From positions 163,644 through 221,310 of the forward strand of contig NC_057759.1 in assembly GCF_004010195.1 (NCBI RefSeq): a stretch of 57,667 bases of DNA, given 5' to 3'. This document shows positions 12,425 to 23,214 of the stretch, piece by piece. Source of the stretch: Chiloscyllium plagiosum (lineage: Eukaryota). Made by a program: the position numbers and the translations under genes. Under the pieces are notes generated by a model, which saw only the letters and a program-made list of their open reading frames with translations, was not told the origin of the DNA and ran no database searches. Within the stretch, counting starts at the first letter, position 1, and every line of letters starts with the position of its first letter.

Positions 12425-13045
12425 TATAAAGGAGCAGGAGGTGGCCATGGAGGAGGCCCTTGAGCCTGTTCCACCATTCAATGCCTGATTGGTGACCTGA
12501 CTCCATAGACCTGTCTTTGGCCCTTATCCCCTTAAAAATCTTGCTGAACAAAAAACTTATCTCTCAGATTTAAAACTAACAACTGATCCAGCAATGCCTG
12601 CTTTTGTGGAAGAGAGTTCCAAACCTCCCCCAGCCTCTGTGCATATTAGTACTTCTCTTCTGAACAGTCTAGTCCTAGTTGTCCGGCTATGCCCTCTCAA
12701 TTTCTAAGATCCCCAAACAGTGGAAATACTTTCAATTTATCCACCCTGTCTTTTCCTGTTAATATCTTCAATCAGATCATCCCTGAACTGTGTAAATTCT
12801 GGACAGAACACACTTAATTTGTGTAATCTCTCCACATAACTTAACCCCTGAATCCCAGGTATCATTCTTGTAAACTCATACTGTACTTCCTCCCGGGCCA
12901 ATCTATCCTTCCTCAGGTGTGATGCCCAGATCTGCTCCAAGTGGGGTTGAACCAGGGTTTTGTATAACTGCAGCATCCCTTCTGCATCCTCGTACTCCAG
13001 TTCTCTCGATATAAAGGCCAGCATTTCATTAGCTTTCGTCAGGCA
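12425..13045 (-). mobile_element. CR1 LINE 3' fragment
   Basis: ORF 12737-13024 (MLAFISRELEY...LYKTLVQPHLE...FTRMIPG). Confidence 0.8.
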
Positions 13046-14350
13046 CTGAGTGTCAGAAATAAAAAGAAATACAGAAATTGTTGGAAAAACTCAGCAGGGA
13101 CAGATTGTTTGCCACCTGGGGACTGACTGTTTACTGTTCAAAACAACTTTCCATCCAATGCGTGTCTATCTACAGCACATAGACTGCAGCAGTTTAAGAA
13201 AGCAGCTCACCTCTACCTTCTCAAGGGAACAACTAGGGATGAGTTGGGCAATAAATGCTGGGTCCAGTGGGTGATACCCATGTGCCACAAGTGAATAATA
13301 AAAAAATGTTATTTACCCCAGGGCCTCCACCTTCCCCATGTGAGGTTGTTCTGGGAGGGGAGATGCCAACTTTGTAGTGAATGTTGATGTAAAATACCCA
13401 TTTGATGTTATTGAGTCACCGGGTTCATGAACTACTTTGAAAAGGTTGATATAAAGGGGGGAGGGGGGGCGCAGTGAAGTCCCAGAGATTCCCACCCCCT
13501 CTCCCTTGGAGAGAAGCCATTTCTCAGCATAGCTGTTTTCAATCTGTCCCACCCTCTTCTCCTGAAACGATGACCCTCTCGTTCTAAATTGTCCCACATG
13601 AGGAAACACCTCCCTCAGTCTCCTTTGTCAATCCCACCTCCTTTAGTGTCCTATATCCCTCAGTTGGATTGCATCTCATTCCTCTAAACTCCAGAAAGAA
13701 TTGGCCTTGATTACTCAATCCCACTTTTGAAGACAAACCCCTCCTTTCTGAACATGAAATGTACAAAATCACATTGCAGTTGGATGGTATCTTGGATGTA
13801 GAATACACATCACAAAGTGCGTTAGTCATAACTTCTGAGAGATCTACAGCCCAGGAAAAGGCCCATAGGCCCATCGAGTCTGTGCCGGTCAGAAACAACC
13901 ACCTCACTATTCTCTAATCCCATTTCCTCAGCACATGGCCCCATAGCCCTGGCGTCACGAATGCACATCTACATCCTTCTTCAATGTGATGAGTGTTTCA
14001 TCTCCTCCCACCCTTACAGGCAGTAGGTTCCAGATTCCCACCATCCTCCGGGTGAACAAGATTTTCCTCACATCCCCTCGAAACCTCCTGGCCCTTAGCT
14101 TCAATCTGTGCCTCTCCTCCACCTCTGTCAAGGGGTGAAAGTTCCTTCCTATCTTCACTTCTCATTGTTTTATACATCCCTCTTTTCAATCTACTCTGCT
14201 GTATGGTCAACAACCCCAGTCTGTCCAATCTCTCTCAATCACTGAAACTCTCCAGCCCCCTGCTGGTAAATCTCCCTGTGAATTTTGTTGGAGTGGTAAC
14301 AGAGAGCAATGTATGTCCCGTTGGAAAAATGTCTTGTCTTTTATTTATAG

Positions 14351-14433
14351 CTCACTCCACTGGTGCATCAGGAAAGAAACACATAGGTTATTTTGTAGTG
14401 AAAAAGAGGGCCGTTAAGTTTTAATCAGCAAAG
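14351..14433 (+). pseudogene. Possible cytoplasmic exon with ITIM-like IGYFVV
   Basis: Acceptor ttgtcttttatttatAG. Phase-1 reading AHSTGASGKKHIGYFVVKKRAVKF*SAK, followed by a degenerate donor ttatgt at phase 0. A paralogous copy lies at ~55319-55399. Confidence 0.35.
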
Positions 14434-14694
14434 TTATGTTTTTAGCAGGCAGTTAATGTAAAGTCACCATTGTCTCATTAGAGAGAGGTGTGGGAGAGAA
14501 AAAGAGAGAAAAGCAACAACTGTTTATGGTTTAACCTGAGGGTTGCCACATCTAAGGCACAGGGAATGATCATTCACAGCAATCTCAACCAGAGCAGCAA
14601 TTGAACTACAAGCTGTCAACGTGACTATACATTGTAAGCCAACTATAGAATCAACTGAGCAAACCAACCCCTACATGGCCAATGGCAAAAATAT

Positions 14695-15180
14695 TGGGTG
14701 GCTCAGTGGCTGGGTGGTTAGCATTGCTGTCTCACAGCTCCAGGGACCCAGGAACAATTCCAGCCTCGGGTGACTGTGTGGAGTTTGCACTTTGTCCCCT
14801 TCTCTGCATGGGTTTTCTCCAGGTGTTCTGGTTTCCTCCCAAAGTCCAAAGATGTGGAGTTTAGATGGATTGGCCATACTAAGTTGTCCACAGTGTGAGG
14901 GATAGGCAGGCGAGGAGGGTTAGCCAATGCAAATGCAGTGTTACAGGGATAGGATAGGGCAGTGTATCTGGGTGGGATGCTATTCAGAGAGTCAGCGTGA
15001 ATTCGATGGGCTGAAAGGCCTGCTTCCACACTGTAGGATTCTATGATGTGGAGGTGAGGGGGATTGGCCATGGTTAATGCAGGGTTACGGGGATAGGGTC
15101 AGGGTTTGATGGGATGCTCTTCACTGGCTTGGGGAGACTGGATGGGCTGAATAGTCTCTGTCCACACTGTGTGGATTATG
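14695..15180 (+). mobile_element. Old HE1-type SINE with a second partial tail
   Basis: tRNA-like head gggtggctcagtggctgggtggttagcattgctg and core gtgtggagtttgcac...ggtttcctccca. Duplicated at ~55663-56150. Confidence 0.8.
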
Positions 15181-15765
15181 GCGACATCAGTGTTTAGCAC
15201 AAAGATGTGGTGAAATTTATTCTGAAATTAATTTTGATGGGATTCATTTTCAGTTTCTGAAATAATGGGGAAGCAGAATCCTATGTTTACACCTCCCCAG
15301 GGTATGTCCTGGTGATGTGAATTTGAATCTTGCTGTGGCAGGTGGTCGATTTGGAATTCGATTTGAAACAAAAATAGATCTGGAGTTAAGACTCTAATGA
15401 TGACTGTTGTCAGGAACAACCAACCATCTGGTTCAAAATTGAAGACTGAGGTGAGGAGGAATTTCTTCTCTCAGAAGGTTGAGTGTTTGGAACTCCTTGC
15501 CACAGAGAGCTGTGTGTGGGGACAGGGAGCAGGTTTATAGCTGGGGTATATAGATTCTTGATCAGTTGGGGAATTGAGGGTTACATGTTAAGTGCAGGAA
15601 AATGAGTGTGAGGAATGGTGCATCAGCCACGATGCTATTGAATGGCTTGAGAGGCCAAATAGCCTTCTCCTGTTCCTGTCTGTGATGGTCCTTCAGGAAA
15701 TGAAATCTGTCCTCCTCATCCAGTCTGCTCTGCACATGGCTCCTAATCCTTTCCAAATTCCTCAC

Positions 15766-15848
15766 CTCCTCCTGGCTGAGCAAGTCGATTGGTTCAAGGA
15801 CATTTCAGAATTGCATCCACTTTCCACTTTGGCAGAGATAGCCACATC
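15766..15848 (-). other. Orphan exon-like segment (83 nt)
   Basis: Minus-strand acceptor ttatttctctgcactctgaacAG and donor AG/gtgagg. Open frame DVAISAKVESGCNSEMSLNQSTCSARR. The paralog at 56746-56828 has lost the donor. Confidence 0.45.
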
Positions 15849-16009
15849 CTGTTCAGAGTGCAGAGAAATAACATTTGTCAGGGTCAGTTTTCGGCTTGTT
15901 GAAATCACATGCTTTGACAAGAGAAATTGGTCTGGATAATGACCCCAGATATTCACAGCTCCTCCTGAACACTATGTCTTTCAGGCAAAGGTTGTTATTC
16001 TCATCCAAA

Positions 16010-16870
16010 TTTAGAGTTATACAGCATGGAAACAGGCCCTTCGGCCCAACTCTTTTTAGCTTAACAGGTTTCCCAAATTCAACTAGTCCCATTTGTCTGC
16101 ATTTGGCCCATATCGCTCTAAACCTTTCTTATCCATGTACCTTTCCAAATGTCTTTAAAATGTTGTAATTGTACCTGCCTCTACCACTTCCTCTGGCAGC
16201 TCATTCCATATACTCTGCCCTCTGTGTGATACATTTGCCTCTCAGATCTCTTTTTAATCTTTCCCCTCTCACCTTAAACCTATGTCCACGAGTTTTGGAC
16301 ACCCCTACTCTGGGGAAAAGACCATAGCTGTTTAACTTACCTATGCCCCTCGTGATTTTATAACCTCTCAGGTCACCCCTCAGCCTCTGAAAAATTGGGA
16401 GTAAAGCTCCCAGATTATGCAGGTTCTTCTTATAACTCAGATCTACAGTCATGGTAACGTCTCTGTAAATCATTTCTGTACCATTTCCAACTTGAGAACA
16501 TCCTTTCCATAGCAGGTTGACCAGCACTGTAGACAGTGTTCTAAAAGTGGCCTCACCAACATCCTGTACAACTGTAACATGACGCCCCAACTCCTGCTGT
16601 CAGTGCTCTGACCAGTGAAGGGAAGCATGCCTTCACCACAATGTCTAGCTGTGACTCCACATTCAAGGAACTGTCTTCCTGCACCCCAAGGTCTGTTTGT
16701 TCAGAAACACTCCCCAGACTTGTACTAGTAACAGTATAAGTCCTGCCCTGGTTTGCCTTACCAAAATGCAACACCTCACATTTATCTAAATTAAACTTCA
16801 TCTGGATCAAATTTCCATCGTACTCTTAGATAACCTCCTTCTCTGTCCACAATGACACTACTTTTGGTCC
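16010..16870 (-). mobile_element. CR1/HER1-type LINE 3' fragment
   Basis: ORFs 16553-16810 (QMKFNLDKCEVLHFG) and 16201-16590 (RLRGDL...LFPRVGVSKTRGHRFKVRG). Confidence 0.85.
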
Positions 16871-16909
16871 TGCTCCTATCTACTACGTTTCTGTTTGTCC
16901 TGTTTTCGG

Positions 16910-17041
16910 GCTGACCAAGCAGAGCAGCAACCATCCTGCATCACATACGCCACTTTGAGGCACACAGGTACAGGAGGGAAGGAGGAACCAGGTCAAGATG
17001 AAGAGGGAAACATTTATGTCAATCTTCCACGGACATCGTGA
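16910..17041 (+). pseudogene. Terminal cytoplasmic exon with tyrosine motifs
   Basis: Long pyrimidine tract ending ttttcGG (AG apparently mutated). Reads ADQAEQQPSCITYATLRHTGTGGKEEPGQDEEGNIYVNLPRTS*, with the ITIM ITYATL and an acidic-preceded YVNL. Confidence 0.75.
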
Positions 17042-17479
17042 GACAGCGTAAAAGAATGATTTGTGAAGCTTCACAAATCAATCAGTAGCAATCCTACCTT
17101 GCAGCAAATGAGGACAAGGAAGAGAAGGCACGTTACTGTGACTAGGCTAGGCTTTGTATCAATTCACTCAGCAAGATGTCAGTTCCAAAGATGGACTTGT
17201 CTTGAGAAACCATCTGCATAATTGTCTATTCCACAACCCTCAGTGTGTCAGTCTATTCCCATTGTTGATGGCCGAGATTTGAGATTTTATGCTGATCATT
17301 CCTATCTTGGATATCCATTTCATCTCCTGGCGAATGAGCCAATGAATGAATGTACTCTCCATGTTTTGTTTAAATTGTGGTGAGCTGGAAATAATTCAAG
17401 GCAGGATTGTTTTCCAACCCTATCTTCATTGCCCTCTAATTTCATCACTTCTAGTACATATCCAGCTCTCATTTCATAC

Positions 17480-18265
17480 CTCATATGGAAGCATACCTCC
17501 ACCACGATCTCAGGCTGCACAATCCAAATCCTAACAACTGAGTAAAGATATTTATCCTCATGTCACTCCTCGCTCTGTAGCTGACAATCTTGAAATTGTG
17601 ACCTCTAGTTCCTGACATACCAAGTAATGGTCACAAAATATTCTTCTTTCCCCTGTCAAAATTCTTCATAATTTTGAACACCGCCATAATATTCCCCTCT
17701 TAATCTTCTCTACTCAAAGGAGAAGGAGTCTAATATCACCAATCCTTCCTTGTATGTAAAATCCTCCATTCCTGCTACCATTCTAAATCTTCAATGAACC
17801 CTCTCCAGAGCTTAAAGCTTCTTAAATAAACTGCCTAGAACTGAACGCAAATGTAGTCTGACCAATGATTTGTGGAGGTGGAGCATCGTCTCCTCAGCTT
17901 TATACTCAATGCCTCTATTTATAACGGCAAGGATCCTATCAGCTTCTTCACAAAGGTTTCAGCTTGCCTGGTCAACTTCAGAGAATGATACACGTGAACC
18001 CAGAGGTCCCTCTGCTCCAGTGATCTCTTCAAAGACATACCATTGACCCTGCATTGTTGCCGTGTGTTTCTGTTAGCAAAATGCATTACCTCACATTTCT
18101 CTGCATTGGAATTCATCTGCCAGATTTCTGCCCATTTGGTAAACCTGTCAATCTTCCTGTGAAGTCACTCAGCAAAATCTTCACAATTCACTCTTCTTCC
18201 TGGGTTAGTATCAACTGCAATTTAGAGATTATATTCTTAACACCCAACTCCTAATTATTTATATA
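17480..18265 (-). mobile_element. Old CR1 LINE fragment
   Basis: ORF 17919-18116 (NAEKCEVMHFA...EQRDLWVHV). Confidence 0.75.
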
Positions 18266-18269
18266 ACCA

Positions 18270-18440
18270 ATGTGTACTTGTCAGTTTCTTCTATGTGCAC
18301 GTAAGTATCAATTCTACCCGTCCGTTTCCCCTATGTGAATGTGTGAGTGTATTTACCAATCTGTTCCTGCGAATTGGGACTGTCTTGTCAGTTGTCAGAA
18401 TCTGTACTTGTCAGTTTGTGTGTCTGTGCGATACATTCTG
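18270..18440 (+). repeat. Degenerate 49-bp tandem repeat cluster
   Basis: Units resembling atctgtacctgtcagtttctgctctgtgaatgtgagagtgtagttatca. Confidence 0.6.
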
Positions 18441-20780
18441 TGATAGTTGTTATTAGGGTGTTGAGACTGGATCTTAATCTTCTCTACATTTTGTGATTTC
18501 TGAGTTGACTGTCAGCCTGTGGGGATGGGTGGGGGGAGAAAGGAGATAAGATGATGGCAGAAGGGAAACTGCTTTATTCCGAGAACCATTCTGAATTATG
18601 GTCACACATTTCTTGTTTGGGGAGAGAGTCTGGGATCTGTGATATCACTGAGACATTTAGTTTTAATTTGTACCCAGACATTGTTTTTGTTTGTGAAAGT
18701 GAGTTTTATTCTGCATGCCAGTCCAGTTTTGTATGATATTTTTATACCAATATGCAACACAACAGCGTGTCATCACCTTTCTCACCAAAATTAGAATCGC
18801 TGATATATGACACAGCTCAGAAGCAGACCATTCAGGTCATTTTGTCTCTATTGGGACATTCTCTTAATGCATCAGTTCTGCAGTAATTGTTGGGAACGTG
18901 AACTTCATCCACTCATTGTCAGTGTCTATATGGAAAGGACAATTTGACATCTGACTTTTAATAACTATAGTGCTAGTTTTGATATGTTTCCCACAATCTC
19001 AATCACACATCATTGGTCAGATCACATTTGTGTTCAGTTCTGCGCACTTTATTTCAGGAAGGATCCTCAAGCTGTGTAGAGGGTTCATCGGAGATTTACT
19101 GGATCTCATTCACCTATGTTCAGTTGTGGTTTTTTTTGTCCGAGTGTAGCATAAACTCTGTAAGTAAACTATTTTCAATTATGCTTAATTTTATTGCATT
19201 TTAGTCTCAATTTATTTTTACATTGCATGTATGTGCATGTGTGGTAGTCTTTATCAGGCACTGCATATCCTCAGCTGTGATAAGTGATGTTGAGAGTCAA
19301 TTCATATCTGGAAATAATTGAGGTCAAATTTTATTATTTTCCTTTCAGCATCCAGTGGCTGAGTGAGAGTGAGTTTACTCTTGAAATGAGATACAGACTG
19401 ACAGCACATGTCTCCTATAGTGAATGGGAAACAGCCGAAGTTCTTTAATTGTTCGTGCCAGTAGGAATCATGTGCAAGTGAAAACGTAACACACTGCAAC
19501 AGAAAGGATTCGGTGCTGCTCTTCAGAGTCAAGGTAGGAAAAGCAATGGACCTTTTGTATCTTGGATAGTGTGGAATCTAACAGAGTAATGATATAAAAT
19601 GTTGGTCTTCAGAATGCCATCAATTTTGTTTCAGTGCATAGTGATGTACTTTTCTGAACACTGCTGAAGTAACAATCAGTGTAAACTGAATCCATTTGCA
19701 ACTAAGTGAAATGGTGGTGAACAATTCAGCTGCATTGGAGCTGACTGACCATAATGCTCCTTGTATAGAAAAGATAATTGGCTAATTCACTTCTATTTTC
19801 TGATGTAGGCAGAACATTCCCCTGCTCTGTAGTGTGAGCATGCACCATTAGCAGTACTTTTGCGTTTCTCTAGAGGTAGGGAGGAGGAAAGGACAAGGAC
19901 TTTTATTTTTTGTCATGCAGTGCGGAATATGTAAACTGCTAAATTCAATTTATTGAACAAAATCAATGTTCAACTCTGCTTGAAGATAAAATGTGCAATT
20001 CTACAAACCGACCAATTTTGGCTTTTTTGTCCCTTTTCTCCATTGCTTTGAAAGGTGGTTATTAGATTCCAATGATACATTATGAATATTACAGCCAGAT
20101 TTCACGTTTTTTTTTGTGATATGTCCCAGAGAGGGGGAGGAGGAATGCAGAGCTCTTTGTAGAAAATTGCAACAATTTTGAAAGATGGACATAATTATAT
20201 GAAAAAGAAGTTTTTGGTTGGACTGAAACAGACAAAGCAAAGCCTTCTACTGTAATATGAAGAAATGCAGATTGATGCTTGATAAACATTGGGATGATAA
20301 GCTCCTCTGCTACCAAGATCCATTTATGCAATTGGATGCTGGCTGATCAGGATGAAAATTGTTAGCTGATTGTTTCTGATCGGTACAGACACAAGTTTTG
20401 AAGGGCCTGATTCTGTGCTATAGGCCTCTCTGACAAAGGATCTGTGGGTAGAAATCACTTTGAATGTAACATTTTGTGTTACTTGCAATGTCAATGTAAC
20501 TGCATGGTTGTTAGACATTGTAATGTGTGTCAGGGTGGTGTATGTTTTTAAAACTCATTTTAATCCGAGAGCAAGAGAGACTGTGTGTGTGTGTGTGTTG
20601 GGGGAAGGGGTGTGGGGGCAAACATTTGATTAATGTGTAGGTACGTAACCATTCTATATAAGGCTTTGACACAGATTATGCATTTGGAATTCATATTATT
20701 TGATTGCTGTGTCTATGTATGTGACAAAAGATTAATTGTACTTCTCAGTTACTAATAGTTGAAATATATCCTTCAATTCA
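18270..20780 (+). repeat. Old duplicated block, copy 1 (paralogs at ~36280-38430 plus 42150-43260, ~48150-51115, and a piece at 25885-26010)
   Basis: Shared anchors include gtgctgctcttcagagtcaagg (~19522, ~38326, ~50565), tgaacactgctgaagtaa (~19655, ~42189) and ttggaattcacattatttaattg (~20684, ~25899, ~43148). Confidence 0.75.
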
Positions 20781-21455
20781 ATTTTGACTCAATATCGACT
20801 TTACATATGGTTGTTCAAAGTGATCGCATCAGCTGTTTGTTCACCTTGATTGTAACATTAAAATTATTGTTACTAAATGCAGACAGTATAAAGATTGGTG
20901 GATTTGTGGGTAGTATAGAAGTTTGTCAAAGAATACAGCAGGATCTAAATCACTTGTAGATATGGATGGAGAAATGACCGATTGAGTTTAATTCAGCAAG
21001 GTGTAAGATGCTGGACTTTGGGAGATCAAATGTTAAGGAAAAGGTACACAGTAAATGGCTGGACTCTGAACTCCCATCCCACTATCCTGGCACAGCCTGC
21101 AACCTTGCAGTTTACAATACTTGAGATGCAGTTCCAGGGAATTTTTGTTTAAAAAAATGTAAGGTCTCTGCCTGCAGCTCCAAATCAGGCAGCAAATTCC
21201 AGATACCCACCACTCTCTACATTTAAAAAAAAAACCTTTTTCCTCATATCATCTAATCCTACAACCACTGAGCTTGAATCAGTGATCCCTGGTTTTTGAA
21301 CTCTCTGCCAAAGTAAACAGGTTCCTCCTGTCTAATGTCTCCCTCTCACTAGTTAGTTAAAAATCACACAACATCAGATTATAATTCAACAGGTTTATTT
21401 GGAAGTGCAGACTTTCAGAGTGCTGCTCCTTCATCAGGTAGCTCACTATTTAGTA

Positions 21456-21663
21456 CTGTAGACCCCCCCCCATACCCGTGGGGGATATGTTCCAGGATCA
21501 ACAGCGGAAAAGCAAAACCGCAGATAGGTGCAAATCCATTAATTTTAATGGGAAATATACCTTCTCGGCAGCCTCCTCATCCCTGGCTCTGGAACATTCC
21601 CTTTTATGTACTTGGACCATGGTAAACCGCAATAACCGGACCCGCGAATACAGGGTCGCCCTA
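21456..21663. mobile_element. MITE, Tc1/mariner (Tigger/pogo-like)
   Basis: Flanked by TA on both sides, with imperfect TIRs ctgtagaccccccccatacccg / cgcgaatacagggtcgcccta. Confidence 0.55.
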
Positions 21664-21850
21664 TATTCCTTAATCATGGCATCTCTGCTCCAAGAAATAC
21701 AACCCTAACCTCTCCCATCTCTCCTGATCGCTACAATTCAGGCAACATTCTAGTAAATCTCCTCTGCACTCTCTCCACAGCAATGATGTCCTTCCTGTAA
21801 TGTGGTGACCTGACTGCACACGTAACCACCAGTGCCTCATATAGTTTCAT

Positions 21851-22151
21851 TGTTAGATTAGATTACTTACAGTGTGGAAACAGGCCCTTCGGCCCAACAA
21901 GTCCACACCGACGCGCAACCCACCCATACATTTACCCCTTTAACCTAACACTATGGGCAATTTAGCATGGCCAATTCACCTGACCCGCACATCTTTGGAC
22001 TGTGGGAGGAAACCGGAGCACCCGGAGGAAACCCACGCAGACACGGGGAGAATGTGCAAACTCCACACAGTCAGTCGCCTGAGTCGGGAATTGAACCCAG
22101 GTCTCTGGCGCTGTGAGGCAGCAGTGCTAACCACTGTGCCACCGTGCCACC
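21851..22151 (-). mobile_element. Young HE1-type SINE
   Basis: Near-identical to copies at 22836, 49298 and 57340, with an (ATCTA)n tail. Confidence 0.9.
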
Positions 22152-22835
22152 CAAAATTGTTATTTCCCTATTTTTGCATTCACCCCTCTGCCAATGAGGG
22201 AGAGCATTCCATGTGCCTTCTTTACAACCCCATCTATCTTTAGGAACCTGTGCACTTGCACACTAAGATCTCTCACTTCACCTGCTCCTCTCAGTATATT
22301 CCCATTTATTGTCTGACTTCCCAAAATGAGTTCCCTCATACTTATCAGAGCTGAACTCCATCTGCCACTTTCTTGCCCACTCCACCAAACCATCTATATA
22401 TAGTTTTGGAGCTTACAGCTATCCACCACACTATCCACTACACGGCCAATTTTTGTGTCGTCTGCAAATTTCACAAATCTGCCCAACATATTCCACTGCA
22501 ACTTATTAATGTATAAAATAAACAACTCAGGTCCCAAAACTGAGCCATGCAGAGCACCACTTGAAACAACTGTCCATTCACAATGGCCACCATTGGCCAT
22601 TATCCTATCTTTCCTGTGATTAGCCAAATTTGGGTCCAATTCCACACATTACCCTGTATCCCATGGGCTTTTACTTCTTTGACCAGTCTGCTGTGATGCT
22701 GCTGCTCCCTTAACAAGCTTGTAAAAGACACAGGCTCCGAAAAGTCGGAGTTGATGGGTTTTAGGGTCATTTTGATTATAGCTAACGGGTAATGCCTCAG
22801 GCAAAAGGCTTCCACATTTTTAAAAAGAACACTTG

Positions 22836-23214
22836 GGGGCGGCACGATGGCACAGTGGTTAGCACTGCTGCCTCACAGCGCCAGAGACCTGGGTTCAATT
22901 CCCGCCTCAGGCGACTGACTGTGTGGAGTTTGCACATTCTCCCCGTGTCTGCGTGGGTTTCCTCCGGGTGCTCCGGTTTCCTCCCACAGTCCAAAAATGT
23001 GCAGGTTGGGTGAATTGGCCACGCTAAATTGTCTGTAGTGTTAGGTGCAGGGGTATATGTAGGGGAATGGGTCTGGGTGGGTGCGCTTCGGCGGGTCGGT
23101 GCGCTTCGGCGGGTCGGTGTGGACTTGTTGGGCCGAAGGGCCTGTTTCCACACTGTAAGTAATCTAATCTAATCTAATCTAATCTAATCTAATCTAATCT
23201 AATCTAATCTAATC
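22836..23214 (+). mobile_element. Young HE1-type SINE inserted in the Gypsy LTR
   Basis: Head ggcggcacgatggcacagtggttagcactgctgcc with B box ggttcaattcc, an 18-bp internal duplication and a tail of about 11 ATCTA units. Confidence 0.92.

Larger units (their letters stand above)
12927..16328. repeat. Segmental duplication, copy A (paralog of 52716-57303)
   Basis: 13473-16328 aligns directly with 54458-57303, across unique sequence and shared TE junctions. 12927-13453 aligns inverted with 52716-53945. Confidence 0.9.
5984..17041 (+). pseudogene. FCRL/PECAM-like Ig-superfamily inhibitory receptor pseudogene (last Ig domain, TM, cytoplasmic exons)
   Basis: Ordered exons on one strand: Ig 5984-~6258, TM 7568-7669, cytoplasmic 8605-8635, 11159-11248, possibly 14351-14433, terminal 16910-17041. 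Stops, a frameshift and broken splice sites are present. Confidence 0.8.
20875..22691. mobile_element. Nested CR1 LINE fragments (20875-21070 on +; 21140-21340, 21665-21850 and 22155-22691 on -)
   Basis: Minus-strand ORF 22394-22645 (SGALHGSVLGPELFILYINKL...KFADDTKIG) and other RT motifs. Confidence 0.75.

Noticed and set aside
15228..15419. Minus-strand ORF with an acceptor-like pyrimidine tract
   Set aside because: It resembles a common repeat tail (related sequence near 48770-48830) and has no convincing donor.
22836..22915. tRNA gene (A and B boxes)
   Set aside because: It is the tRNA-derived head of an HE1-type SINE, continuous with the SINE core and tail. The same applies to the other copies.
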